The translations under genes were made by a program, and so were the position numbers. Below are positions 20,185 through 30,227 of a stretch of DNA of 64,000 nt, one piece after another; the stretch's first letter is position 1; the number at the start of each line of letters is the position of its first letter. The notes below the pieces were generated by a model. The model was not told the origin of the DNA and ran no database searches. It saw nothing but the letters and a program-made list of their open reading frames with translations. Source of the stretch: Aestuariibacter sp. (GTDB lineage Bacteria > Pseudomonadota > Gammaproteobacteria > Enterobacterales > Alteromonadaceae); the NCBI GenBank assembly GCA_017794925.1, contig CP051238.1:4120185-4184184 (forward strand). Direction: 5' to 3'.

Positions 20185-21852
20185 ATGTCACAATACGTAT
20201 ACTCTATGCACAGGGTGGGCAAAATTGTTCCTCCCAATCGTCAGATTTTAAAAGACATTTCACTGAGTTTTTTCCCCGGCGCCAAAATTGGTGTGCTGGG
20301 TCTGAACGGTGCGGGTAAATCTACCCTGCTACGCATCATGGCAGGAGTAGATACCGAAATTGAGGGTGAGGCCAGACCTCAGCCTGGTATTAATATTGGT
20401 TATCTTCCACAAGAACCCCAACTGGATGAAAGCAAAGACGTTCGCGGTAATATTGAAGAAGCTGTCGCTGATGTTGCTCACGCTCTGAAGCGGTTAGACG
20501 AAGTTTATGCTTTATATGCCGAGCCGGACGCTGACTTTGATGCTCTTGCCAAGGAACAAGGTGAGCTTGAAGCCATCATTCAAACTAAAGACGGTCACAA
20601 CCTGGAAAATGCGTTAGAACGTGCAGCCGATGCGTTGCGTCTGCCGCCCTGGGATGCCGATGTCAGCAAACTATCCGGTGGTGAGCGCCGCCGGGTCGCG
20701 CTGTGCCGTTTGTTACTCGAAAAGCCAGATATGCTGCTGCTCGACGAACCGACTAACCACCTTGACGCAGAATCCGTTGCCTGGTTAGAACGCTTCCTGC
20801 ACGATTATGAAGGCACCGTGGTGGCCATTACCCACGATCGTTACTTCCTCGACAATGTCGCGGGCTGGATCCTGGAACTTGACCGTGGCCATGGTATTCC
20901 ATGGGAAGGTAACTACTCCAGCTGGCTCGAGCAAAAAGACGCGCGTCTGGAACAAGAAGAACGCGCAGAAAATGCCCGCCAAAAATCCATTAAGCAGGAA
21001 TTGGAGTGGGTGCGCACCAACCCCAAAGGTCGTCAGGCTAAAAGCAAAGCCCGTATGGCTCGCTTTGAAGAACTGTCCAGCGGCGATTATCAGAAGCGCA
21101 ACGAAACCAACGAACTCTTCATTCCACCGGGTGAGCGTCTGGGAGACAAAGTTATCGAAGTGCAAAACCTGAAGAAATCCTACGGAGACCGGGTACTCAT
21201 TGACGACATGAGCTTCACCGTTCCCAAAGGTGCAATCGTTGGTATTATCGGTCCTAACGGTGCGGGTAAGTCCACATTGTTCCGTATGTTAACCGACAAA
21301 GAACAGCCTGATAGCGGAACGATCACCATTGGTGATACGGTAAAAATTGCCAGCGTTGAACAGTTCCGCGACCACATGGATGGTAACAACACTGTATGGC
21401 AGGAGCTATCTGATGGTCAGGACATTGTGCGCATTGGTAATTTCGAACTGAACAGCCGCGCGTACTGCAGCCGTTTTAACTTTAAAGGCACCGACCAGCA
21501 GAAGTTCATTAAAGACCTGTCGGGTGGTGAGCGTAACCGGGTTCACTTAGCAAAATTACTGAAAGCCGGCGGCAACGTATTGCTGCTCGATGAACCAACC
21601 AACGACCTTGATGTAGAAACACTGCGTGCATTGGAAAATGCGTTGTTGGAATTCCCTGGTTGTGCCATGGTTATCTCGCACGACCGTTGGTTCCTTGACC
21701 GGGTTGCGACACACATTCTGGACTACCGCGACGAAGGTAAGATCAACTTCTACGAGGGTAACTACATGGATTACGAAGCCTGGCTAAAAGCCAACTTCGG
21801 ACAGGATGTGGTAGAGCCTCACCGACTGAAGTACAAACGCATCAGCAAATAG
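20185..21852 (+). CDS. ettA: Energy-dependent translational throttle ABC-F protein
   Basis: Two ABC domains, FFPGAKIGVLGLNGAGKST, ELEWVR...GRQAKSKAR; 555 aa. Confidence 0.97.
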   Translation: MSQYVYSMHRVGKIVPPNRQILKDISLSFFPGAKIGVLGLNGAGKSTLLRIMAGVDTEIEGEARPQPGINIGYLPQEPQLDESKDVRGNIEEAVADVAHALKRLDEVYALYAEPDADFDALAKEQGELEAIIQTKDGHNLENALERAADALRLPPWDADVSKLSGGERRRVALCRLLLEKPDMLLLDEPTNHLDAESVAWLERFLHDYEGTVVAITHDRYFLDNVAGWILELDRGHGIPWEGNYSSWLEQKDARLEQEERAENARQKSIKQELEWVRTNPKGRQAKSKARMARFEELSSGDYQKRNETNELFIPPGERLGDKVIEVQNLKKSYGDRVLIDDMSFTVPKGAIVGIIGPNGAGKSTLFRMLTDKEQPDSGTITIGDTVKIASVEQFRDHMDGNNTVWQELSDGQDIVRIGNFELNSRAYCSRFNFKGTDQQKFIKDLSGGERNRVHLAKLLKAGGNVLLLDEPTNDLDVETLRALENALLEFPGCAMVISHDRWFLDRVATHILDYRDEGKINFYEGNYMDYEAWLKANFGQDVVEPHRLKYKRISK

Positions 21853-21869
21853 TCTGACACCACACAACG

Positions 21870-21905
21870 AAAAGCCTCGAACCACAAATGTCGGGGCTTT
21901 TTTTT
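21870..21905 (+). terminator. Rho-independent terminator of ettA
   Basis: AAAAGCCTCGA-10nt-TCGGGGCTTTT followed by a T run. Confidence 0.8.
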
Positions 21906-22034
21906 AACTAAATCAATATGGAAAATGTGTGAACCTCTCCCCATTCACCTTCTGCTAAACTTAAGTTTATAATAGTGTCATAGATTACAGTTTATACTGA
22001 AACCAAAAAGCCTGAGCCTGATTATCCGGAGTCC

Positions 22035-22445
22035 GTGATGTCTGAAGAAAAACGTCAGTTTCAACGTTTACCAATCAATATGCATGGTCAGTTAAATATT
22101 GCTGAGCACACCTACACAGTTCAGGTGCTTGATCTGTCTTTGCAGGGGGTCAGGGTGCGCTTGGACAATGACATGTCGTTAGATATCAGTCAGCCACTCA
22201 CCTTAACTATTCAAGCGAATGAAGACAGTCCGGAAATGACATTATTCGGACAGATTACACACGTGCAGCATGATACCGGCGACACCGCAGCGACCACCGT
22301 CCTTGGCATGCAACTTACCCATATATCACTGGATGATTTAGCGACTCTGCGCCGCGTACTGTTACTCAATAGTGGAGAGCAGGATATGGACACTCACGAA
22401 CTGATGATCCTGCTCGACCGTATTGCCGAAGCGTTGCCCGGTTAA
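22035..22445 (+). CDS. Single-domain PilZ protein (c-di-GMP receptor)
   Basis: RQFQR (RxxxR) and DLSLQG (DxSxxG). Confidence 0.88.
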   Translation: MMSEEKRQFQRLPINMHGQLNIAEHTYTVQVLDLSLQGVRVRLDNDMSLDISQPLTLTIQANEDSPEMTLFGQITHVQHDTGDTAATTVLGMQLTHISLDDLATLRRVLLLNSGEQDMDTHELMILLDRIAEALPG

Positions 22446-22459
22446 GCATAAGTTACAAT

Positions 22460-23827
22460 CTACTCGAGGGCTTCGAGCGCCTCGCTCAATTTTGTGACCG
22501 GAATAACCTTCAAACCATTAATCGCTTGCTTGGGTGCATTGGCCTTCGGAACAATAGCCCGCTTAAAACCATGTTTAACCGCTTCGCTCAAACGTTCGCT
22601 GCCATTGGGCACGGGACGGATTTCGCCCGCCAAACCGACTTCACCAAACACAATCAAATCACGCGGCAGCGCTCTGTTTCTGAAACTGGAAATCATCGCC
22701 ACCAATAATGCTAAGTCAGCGGCGGTCTCTGCGACTTTTACGCCTCCCACCACATTAACGAACACATCCTGATCATTCATCTGAACGTTTCCGTGTCGGT
22801 GCATAACAGCCAGCAACATAGCCAGTCGATTCTGTTCCAAACCAACGGTCACACGGCGAGGATTGTTTAATGGTGAATAGTCCACCAGCGCTTGTATCTC
22901 TACCAGCAACGGGCGAGTGCCTTCCCAAATTACCATGACCACTGAGCCGGGCGCCTGGTTTTCGTTTCGACTTAAAAAGATCGCCGAAGGGTTACCGACT
23001 TCTTTAATGCCTTTTTCTGTCATGCCAAACACGCCCAGTTCATTGACGGCGCCGAAGCGGTTTTTGTGACTTCTCAAAGTACGGAAACGGCCGTCGCTCT
23101 CACCTTCCAGCATCATCGAGCAATCGATACAGTGCTCCAGTACCTTAGGACCGGCAAGGCTGCCGTCTTTAGTCACGTGACCGACAACAAACATAGCGAT
23201 ATGATTCTGTTTCGCAAACCGGGTTAAGTAGGCCGCACTCTCCCTGACTTGCGATACGCTGCCCGGCGCAGACTGGACATCACTTACATGCATAACCTGA
23301 ATGGAGTCGATAACCATGATCTGTGGCTTTTGTTTTAATGCCAGGTCACAAATCAATTCGACATTGGTTTCTGCCAGCATCATGAGCTTGTCATCGGGCA
23401 AACCCAAACGTTTGGCACGCATGGCGACTTGCTGTAACGACTCTTCCCCCGTGACATATAACGCCGATTTTGTTGCAGCTTGTTGACACATGACCTGCAA
23501 CAATAATGTGCTTTTACCGGCACCAGGCGACCCGCCAATCAGAATAGCTGAGCCTGGCACAATGCCACCGCCTAACACACGGTCAAGCTCTTTGAAGCCA
23601 GAGCCAAATCGGGGTAAGTCTTCAACATTGATCTCATTGAGTACCTGAACCTGACTGGTCGTTTGTCCTGCGTAACCGGTTAAACTTCCTCTGGAAGCGG
23701 ATTTCGCCGGGCTAACTACAAATTCAGAGATCGTGTTCCAGGCTTTACATTCTGTGCACTGTCCCTGCCAGCGAGGAAATTCAGCACCACAGTCGGAACA
23801 AACAAAGGCAGTTTTTCTTTTGGCCAT
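22460..23827 (-). CDS. radA: DNA repair protein RadA/Sms
   Basis: CSDCG...WQGQCTEC, GGSPGAGKST, KNRFG, EVGLAGEIR. Confidence 0.98.
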   Translation of the reverse strand: MAKRKTAFVCSDCGAEFPRWQGQCTECKAWNTISEFVVSPAKSASRGSLTGYAGQTTSQVQVLNEINVEDLPRFGSGFKELDRVLGGGIVPGSAILIGGSPGAGKSTLLLQVMCQQAATKSALYVTGEESLQQVAMRAKRLGLPDDKLMMLAETNVELICDLALKQKPQIMVIDSIQVMHVSDVQSAPGSVSQVRESAAYLTRFAKQNHIAMFVVGHVTKDGSLAGPKVLEHCIDCSMMLEGESDGRFRTLRSHKNRFGAVNELGVFGMTEKGIKEVGNPSAIFLSRNENQAPGSVVMVIWEGTRPLLVEIQALVDYSPLNNPRRVTVGLEQNRLAMLLAVMHRHGNVQMNDQDVFVNVVGGVKVAETAADLALLVAMISSFRNRALPRDLIVFGEVGLAGEIRPVPNGSERLSEAVKHGFKRAIVPKANAPKQAINGLKVIPVTKLSEALEALE

Positions 23828-24020
23828 AAAATAGGTTGGTTTCCTTAGGGATACGTATTAATCTGGGAAATAAGACAAAGGAATTTACATTACCGTTGCG
23901 AATGAAAAAGGAAGGCGCATACCGCATTCCTATTGATTTCCCGTTAATAAATATCAAGCGCTTGCCGATATAAACGGTAATATAACAAAATCCATCAGGG
24001 TACACAGCAAGACCAAGGAT

Positions 24021-26543
24021 ATGAATCAGGATTTATCACAATATGCGTCGGTCATTGAGCAACTAAAACCAATGGTGAAAGAACCTGAATTTAATCAGGT
24101 TTTACAGCAAATTGCGTCGCACGTTCCAAAAGAAAAACGCTTCCTGATCAAAATGGAGGTGAAACGCCTCGCTCGCCCCTGTCTGAGGGCTATCGACTTA
24201 CGCGGACAAGTTGACGGCCAGTGTAAACTCTACGAATACAACGGTATAAAGCACTATCTGGACGATGTTGCCATCGAAGTGTTCGAGCAGCAGGTCCGTA
24301 TTTTTGGTTTGTATTGTTTTGGTGTGTATGAAGCCGTAATGGCGACTGAAAATAATTACAGAGTGATCCGCGAAAAAGCCGAAGCCCGCAACGAAAAAGA
24401 ACAAGACGTCACAGAAAAACCCAAAAACAGTATCAGTCAGTTTGATGTGATCAATATTGGCCTGCTTGAATATGCCAAGCGAAACGAAGAGCGAATGAAT
24501 TTCGCAGTGGCACTGGAAATCTTTACGGAAACCAATAATAGCCTTCGCGCTACCAGCGTCGATGTATCCGCTCACGGCTTGAAGATTAAACTGTCTAAAG
24601 AACAGTTATTTAAACCCGGTGAGAAAATCGGCGTTTATTTCCGCGGCTTAGAAACCGAGTATTCACTGGATAAAAAACAGGCGATAAAATATCAGGTCGT
24701 CAGTATATCAAGAAAACAGGAACACCAGTTTCTGCAAATGAAACGCCTGGCAGACGCCCCCAACCCGGCTTTTGATCAGTTTATTGATAAATTCATTCAC
24801 GGCAATAAACGACGCTACAAAGTAAACATGGACAACACGGTTGATGCCATCATCAACAAATCCTGTGAGCAATATTTCTCGCCAAGTTGCCCTACTCTGC
24901 CTATTTACATTGATGTAAATGATGGCCGTGCGCTTCCTCGTTTTGCCATGGCTAACGAGCTCAACCGGCATATTCTAGGTTACTGGAATGACGAAGAAGA
25001 CGAATTACGCCTTGGGTATTTACTTAATCAGGAACGCATTCAATACCTGCTAGAAAGCAAAGAAGATGTACCTACGTTGTATATTTATTGCTTTAACCAT
25101 ATTCAAAACAACAAGGTGTATTTTTACTCCGCCAGCCATATCGATCTGGCCCGACACGAAAAATTACAAAATCTGTTTCTTGGCTTCGGAGCACGAAAAG
25201 TCAGCTGGCGGGTCTTTAAAATCAGTTTGAGTAGTATGTCACCTACACAAGCCTACGCCCCGCTGTCTCTGCCAGATGATGTGGGTACAAAGGTGAAACG
25301 CCAAAATGCTAAGCCCGCACCGCGTTTAATGGCTAAGCTCAAAAACCTGGCGTACATTGCCCAGGTAACAGACATTACCTCTGATGCAGAACAACTGTTG
25401 TATAGTCAGATCAAGCTGGATCGCAGCCAGTTAAAAGCACTCAAGCTGTTTGGTCATGCCCGAAACCGTCCGCCATTTCCTGTAAAAGCATTTCGCTACA
25501 AGTTCCACGAGCAACGCATGGAAACCCGCTATTTGCTCAGGACCAGCGTCAATTTACATGCACGGGGCCAAACAATCAGCGGCGTCAGTGAAGATATTTC
25601 GATTAACGGGCTTCGAATAGAAATTGAAGGCGAATACCACGGCGACATGAACATGCGGGTTATGCTGGCATTCCCTAAATTGCAGGAACTGACCAACAAG
25701 TTCGATGTGTCTAATTTGCAATACCGGGTGGTTCACGTGAGTGGTGATAAGAATATTCTTCATTTGCGTACTGTAGCCGGAGAAGATGGCTTATCAGCAC
25801 GTACTTTTTTCGCTGAATTAATAAAGAGCAACAAGTCCTCTCTAAAAACCTACCCTGATGAAGAAGAAATTCCGGGTATCGGCCATGCCTTGCGTTGCAT
25901 TAATGCGAAAAACCCGGCCACCCTGGCATTTGTGCTAACGAAGTCAGGAGGCCGCTATCATCCCCAGGTTGGCGTACTGGGTGAAACCAGCCCAAGGCTT
26001 CGCAACTTATGCGGGCATTTTGCGGAACAAAACAAACTCAATCTGGAAGTGTTTTTCAGAGACCGTCACCTGGATGCGCCTTTCATCCAACAGGCAATCA
26101 AACAGGTTAAAACAGAACATCAGCCCGTTATGCGTGAACTCTTTGTGGCATTTAAACCTGCGGAGAAAGATCCCAGGGCCGCTATTGATGCGCGTTACGA
26201 ACACAGATTCAGCTCCCACGACGCGCAAAAGCAGTTTATTACCGACACGTTGAAAGACGGTCAGTTCATTGCAATGTCGATATCGGTCACCACAACAGGA
26301 AAACCCGACCTCGAAATGCTACAGTCTGAAATCAACTATATTGGTGTGTATGCCATTCACCGGGCTAAAGAGTTGGAAGAACGGCTCTGGAGTATTGGCG
26401 CTTGTGTCCACGCTGTTGATATTACCGACCAGGTTTTGTTGCGATTCGGTTTTGATTTAAAAGTTATCGAAGCGAATTATCAGACCCCAAGCCAACATGC
26501 AATTGAGCCCAATGGGATCAAAGCCCTGCTAAAAAGCGGATAA
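24021..26543 (+). CDS. Large tandem-PilZ protein (probable Vibrio PlzC-like)
   Basis: Two intact motif pairs, RNEER/DVSAHG and RMETR/DISING; lies between serB and radA. Confidence 0.85.
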   Translation: MNQDLSQYASVIEQLKPMVKEPEFNQVLQQIASHVPKEKRFLIKMEVKRLARPCLRAIDLRGQVDGQCKLYEYNGIKHYLDDVAIEVFEQQVRIFGLYCFGVYEAVMATENNYRVIREKAEARNEKEQDVTEKPKNSISQFDVINIGLLEYAKRNEERMNFAVALEIFTETNNSLRATSVDVSAHGLKIKLSKEQLFKPGEKIGVYFRGLETEYSLDKKQAIKYQVVSISRKQEHQFLQMKRLADAPNPAFDQFIDKFIHGNKRRYKVNMDNTVDAIINKSCEQYFSPSCPTLPIYIDVNDGRALPRFAMANELNRHILGYWNDEEDELRLGYLLNQERIQYLLESKEDVPTLYIYCFNHIQNNKVYFYSASHIDLARHEKLQNLFLGFGARKVSWRVFKISLSSMSPTQAYAPLSLPDDVGTKVKRQNAKPAPRLMAKLKNLAYIAQVTDITSDAEQLLYSQIKLDRSQLKALKLFGHARNRPPFPVKAFRYKFHEQRMETRYLLRTSVNLHARGQTISGVSEDISINGLRIEIEGEYHGDMNMRVMLAFPKLQELTNKFDVSNLQYRVVHVSGDKNILHLRTVAGEDGLSARTFFAELIKSNKSSLKTYPDEEEIPGIGHALRCINAKNPATLAFVLTKSGGRYHPQVGVLGETSPRLRNLCGHFAEQNKLNLEVFFRDRHLDAPFIQQAIKQVKTEHQPVMRELFVAFKPAEKDPRAAIDARYEHRFSSHDAQKQFITDTLKDGQFIAMSISVTTTGKPDLEMLQSEINYIGVYAIHRAKELEERLWSIGACVHAVDITDQVLLRFGFDLKVIEANYQTPSQHAIEPNGIKALLKSG

Positions 26544-26591
26544 AAACCACTGCCGAACGATCTCAGGAATGATAGACAGGGAATAGAGTAG

Positions 26592-27212
26592 ATGCTGACT
26601 TTTAAATCCTTTACCGGCGATGAAATCACGCAATACCTCAATGAAGTCGCAAGATTACGCATACAAGTCTTTAGAGATTACCCCTATTTATACGACGGCG
26701 ATACTCACTACGAAACCCGCTATCTGCAAACCTACATCCAATCTCCCCATAGTCTGATTGTGCTGGCTTTTGACGGAGAAAAAGTGGTTGGCGCATCCAC
26801 CGGATTACCGTTAACCCATGAAACCGCTGAAGTGAAAGCCCCATTTGAACAAGCAGGTTTCGATATTGACACTCTGTTTTACTGCGGAGAGTCAGTCCTG
26901 TTACCTGAATATCGCGGATTAGGTGCTGGCGTCACTTTTTTTGAATACCGGGAAGGCTACGCAAAACAGGTGACTGGCGTGACACATAGTTGTTTTTGCG
27001 CCGTAATGCGTCCAGCCAAACACCCGGATAAGCCTGACGACTTCATCCCACTGGATGCCTTCTGGAAAAACAGGGGCTATTACCCATGTCCTGAGTTAAC
27101 GACAGAGTTTAGCTGGAAAGAAGTACATGAAACAAATGAATCCACCAAACCTATGATGTTTTGGATGAAAAGTTTAGAAGCAGGCACATCCAATACAAAA
27201 AAAGCCGGCTAA
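26592..27212 (+). CDS. GNAT family N-acetyltransferase
   Basis: RLRIQVFRDYPYLYDG, YCGESVLLPEYRGLGAG, FWKNRGY. Confidence 0.88.
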   Translation: MLTFKSFTGDEITQYLNEVARLRIQVFRDYPYLYDGDTHYETRYLQTYIQSPHSLIVLAFDGEKVVGASTGLPLTHETAEVKAPFEQAGFDIDTLFYCGESVLLPEYRGLGAGVTFFEYREGYAKQVTGVTHSCFCAVMRPAKHPDKPDDFIPLDAFWKNRGYYPCPELTTEFSWKEVHETNESTKPMMFWMKSLEAGTSNTKKAG

Positions 27213-27234
27213 GCGATTAACGCTTGCCGGCTTT
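27201..27234. terminator. Bidirectional terminator between GNAT and serB
   Basis: AAAGCCGGC-T-AAGCG-ATTAA-CGCTT-GCCGGCTTT. Confidence 0.75.
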
Positions 27235-27250
27235 CGTATTTGATATAAGT

Positions 27251-28267
27251 TTATGCACTTAAATAAGCCAGCATCGCATCCAGTCCCGAATAGCGTATCG
27301 CGGCATCTGCCTGCCCATTAACTATAGGTTTGGCTTCAAAAGCGACCCCTAGAGCAGCCACTTCCATCATTTTCAGGTCGTTGGCACCGTCGCCCATAGC
27401 AACAGTTTGATGCATAGGAATCCCCCACAGCTCAGCCAGCTCTTTTACCGTTATCGCTTTCACTTCCGCATCGACGATATCGCCAATCACTTTACCAGTC
27501 AGTACGCCGTTGTCTTCTGCCAAAACATTGGCTCTGCTTGCATCAAGCCCAAGGCGCTCTTCAAGGTAGCCTGCAAAATACGTAAACCCACCTGACGCGA
27601 TAGCCACTTTCCAGCCATTTGCCTTCAAGGTTTCAAGCAAGTTAGACAGTCCTGGCATTAGCGGAATACTGTTCCGGATTTGTGCCAGTTGACTTACCTT
27701 CACGCCATCAAGACAAGCAACTCGAGATATCAGGCTGTCTTTAAATGCCAGTTCTCCCCGCATAGCACGCTCTGTGACAGCTGCGACCTTATCACCCAAC
27801 CCGGCAAGTTTGGCAATTTCGTCTATACACTCAATTTGGATCACCGTGGAATCCATATCCATAACCAATAACCCGGGTTCAGATAGCTTTGGCGTGGATT
27901 CCAACAGCGCAATTTCACAGTGGTGTTGTTCCGCCGTTTTGGCAATTACTTCTTTTACAACATCTTCATCATCACAACTATGCTGAACAGCAGCCACAAC
28001 CACAGTATGATTTAATAATTCATCGAATGGGTGCAGTGAAAAACTATGTACACTCAGTGCTGCAGACAAGTTTTGCTGTATATCAACAATCTGCTGAAGG
28101 GTAAGTGCCTGACTCTGGATCACTAATCTGGCATCAGTACTTCGGCCCTGGACCTGTTGTAACTGTGCTGAAGATTGATCCCAACTTAGATTCTGATACT
28201 CTGCTAACACAGAACGAAGGAAGGCGGCACAGTTTAGTGCGGGCTCAGCGATAACGTGTGGTTGCAA
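27251..28267 (-). CDS. serB: Phosphoserine phosphatase
   Basis: HAD motifs MDMDSTVIQIECIDE, ASGGF, GDGANDL. Confidence 0.95.
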   Translation of the reverse strand: MQPHVIAEPALNCAAFLRSVLAEYQNLSWDQSSAQLQQVQGRSTDARLVIQSQALTLQQIVDIQQNLSAALSVHSFSLHPFDELLNHTVVVAAVQHSCDDEDVVKEVIAKTAEQHHCEIALLESTPKLSEPGLLVMDMDSTVIQIECIDEIAKLAGLGDKVAAVTERAMRGELAFKDSLISRVACLDGVKVSQLAQIRNSIPLMPGLSNLLETLKANGWKVAIASGGFTYFAGYLEERLGLDASRANVLAEDNGVLTGKVIGDIVDAEVKAITVKELAELWGIPMHQTVAMGDGANDLKMMEVAALGVAFEAKPIVNGQADAAIRYSGLDAMLAYLSA

Positions 28268-28371
28268 AATGGCGGGTCCTGTATGACTAACAACAAAATT
28301 TGCCCAATCCTAACGGATCATCGCCGCAGGTGAAATCCTTCCACTATAATAAATTCAGTGTTTTTCGCTAT

Positions 28372-28809
28372 ATGACATATATAAAAACGGCATTCCATCC
28401 GTCTTTGCGGATACTCACAAAACTGTCACGTCGCGCCTGGTTATTTGGCTTAACGACATTATTAGTCGCTTTTATTGTGAGTATGGTATTTATTTCGCCT
28501 TCAACGCCCGACTCTCAATCCGAAAAACTCGCGCGCCATTATACCGCGTTGTTAGCCATGGACGTACTGGCCAGAAACACCGAAGCTATCGCTTATACCT
28601 TGTCAACGGTAATGCTCGAGGAGTCCGTCGTAGCAGCCGCTGTATTTACACCAGAAGGTGAACGCCTTGCGCAAAGCGGCAGCTTCAAGCCTGTACCCGA
28701 GTTAATTAACGACGATCCTAGCCTTAAAACAGTGTTTAATCCCATCGTTAATAATGACGAAACGGTGGGCTACTTATCGATCATCTATCGCCCAAATAGC
28801 GCGTTATAA
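28372..28809 (+). CDS. YtjB/Smp (AhpA)-like membrane protein
   Basis: Single N-terminal TM followed by a small periplasmic domain; divergent from serB as E. coli ytjB is; ATG at 28372 preferred. Confidence 0.65.
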   Translation: MTYIKTAFHPSLRILTKLSRRAWLFGLTTLLVAFIVSMVFISPSTPDSQSEKLARHYTALLAMDVLARNTEAIAYTLSTVMLEESVVAAAVFTPEGERLAQSGSFKPVPELINDDPSLKTVFNPIVNNDETVGYLSIIYRPNSAL

Positions 28810-29546
28810 GTATTGGTTGTAACGGTATCAATGTGAGTGGCAGGGGTCTGCTTTAATTCAGCCAAAGCCAGACAGATCTCAGGTAAAAAAACCGGCGAAT
28901 TACGTTTACCCTGACGGCCTTGCAAGGGCATATCCGGCGCATCCGTTTCCAGTAAAATACGATCTAACGGTAGCGAGGCCACCGTTTGACGGGTCTTTTG
29001 GGCTCTTGGGTAAGTAATCGTACCGCCTACACCAATAACAAAGCCCAGCGCTATATAGGCGTTCGCGACTTCCGGGCTGCCAGAAAATGCATGTACAACA
29101 CCACCATGCTGAAAACGGCAACGCTTCAGTGATTCAATGAGCAAATGATGAGATTTACGATGATGCAGTATCACTGGCAGTTGATAATGACTGGCCAGAC
29201 TGAGCTGGGATTCGAAAAGTTGTTGTTGTTTCTTAACTGACGTATCTAAAGTGGCATCAATACCAATTTCGCCAACCGCGACGAGCGCACTTAAAGGCTG
29301 TTGGAGTAACGAATCCAATTGTTGCAATGCGGACTCAGCGTCATCTGGCAGGAAATACGGATGCAGACCAAATGCAATATCCAGTTCGGGGCTCTTCATC
29401 GACATATCGGTTTGCCTTGCCCAGCCTGCTACTGTCGTGCCTGGTACCAAAAAGCGTTCGACACCTTGTTGTTTGGCGGCCCCTATCACCTCTTGCCAGT
29501 CTTCATTAAAGACAGGTAAATCCAAATGGCAGTGTGAGTCTATCAT
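28785..29546 (-). CDS. TatD family hydrolase (YjjV-like)
   Basis: MIDSHCHLD, VGEIGID, LHHRKSH, GVVHAFSGS, LETDAPDM. Confidence 0.94.
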   Translation of the reverse strand: MIDSHCHLDLPVFNEDWQEVIGAAKQQGVERFLVPGTTVAGWARQTDMSMKSPELDIAFGLHPYFLPDDAESALQQLDSLLQQPLSALVAVGEIGIDATLDTSVKKQQQLFESQLSLASHYQLPVILHHRKSHHLLIESLKRCRFQHGGVVHAFSGSPEVANAYIALGFVIGVGGTITYPRAQKTRQTVASLPLDRILLETDAPDMPLQGRQGKRNSPVFLPEICLALAELKQTPATHIDTVTTNTYNALFGR

Positions 29547-29567
29547 CGCCGGCGGGGAATAACCTGA

Positions 29568-30206
29568 TTAAGGCATGAGTCGTTGCGGCGACCACCCGGT
29601 CTCAGCATCATACCGATATTCAAAGCGGTCATGTAATCGGTGTTCTCCCCCTTGCCAGAATTCAATCTGAGTGGGCTTCACCTTAAAACCGCCCCAAAAG
29701 TCCGGCAGGGGGATATCTTTGTTGGCAAATTTATCTTTCATTTGTTTGAACTGCGTCATCAGCAATTCACGACTTGAAATGGGCTGGCTTTGTTGTGAAG
29801 CCCAAGCCGCAAGTTGTGAGTCTTTGGGGCGAGACAAAAAATATTTGGCGTTCTGTGCGACCGTGAGCTTTTCAGCGACACCACAAATCCTGACCTGGCG
29901 CTCCATGAAAAACCATGGAAAGTGCAGTGATATCTTTGGGTTATCAGCGAGTTCTTTGGCTTTGCGACTACCCAGGTTGGTATAAAACACGAAGCCGTCC
30001 TCGTCATAGTCCTTGAGAAGGACAATACGCTGAGAAGGTTGCCCGCTGGCGTCAACAGTTGCCACCGTCATGGCAGTTGGATCGGGTATCTTAGCGTCAA
30101 TGGCTTCACCCAGCCATTGCTTAAACAAGTCAACGGGATGAGAAGTCAGCGCCTCTTCAGTGAGTCGCCCCATGGTGTACTGACGTCGCATATCGGCAAT
30201 TGACAT
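29568..30206 (-). CDS. pdxH: Pyridoxine/pyridoxamine 5'-phosphate oxidase
   Basis: RIVLLK, FYTNLGSRKA, WGGF, IEFWQGGEHRLHDRF. Confidence 0.97.
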   Translation of the reverse strand: MSIADMRRQYTMGRLTEEALTSHPVDLFKQWLGEAIDAKIPDPTAMTVATVDASGQPSQRIVLLKDYDEDGFVFYTNLGSRKAKELADNPKISLHFPWFFMERQVRICGVAEKLTVAQNAKYFLSRPKDSQLAAWASQQSQPISSRELLMTQFKQMKDKFANKDIPLPDFWGGFKVKPTQIEFWQGGEHRLHDRFEYRYDAETGWSPQRLMP

Positions 30207-30227
30207 AGTCTTCTCCTGTCGCGGTGC

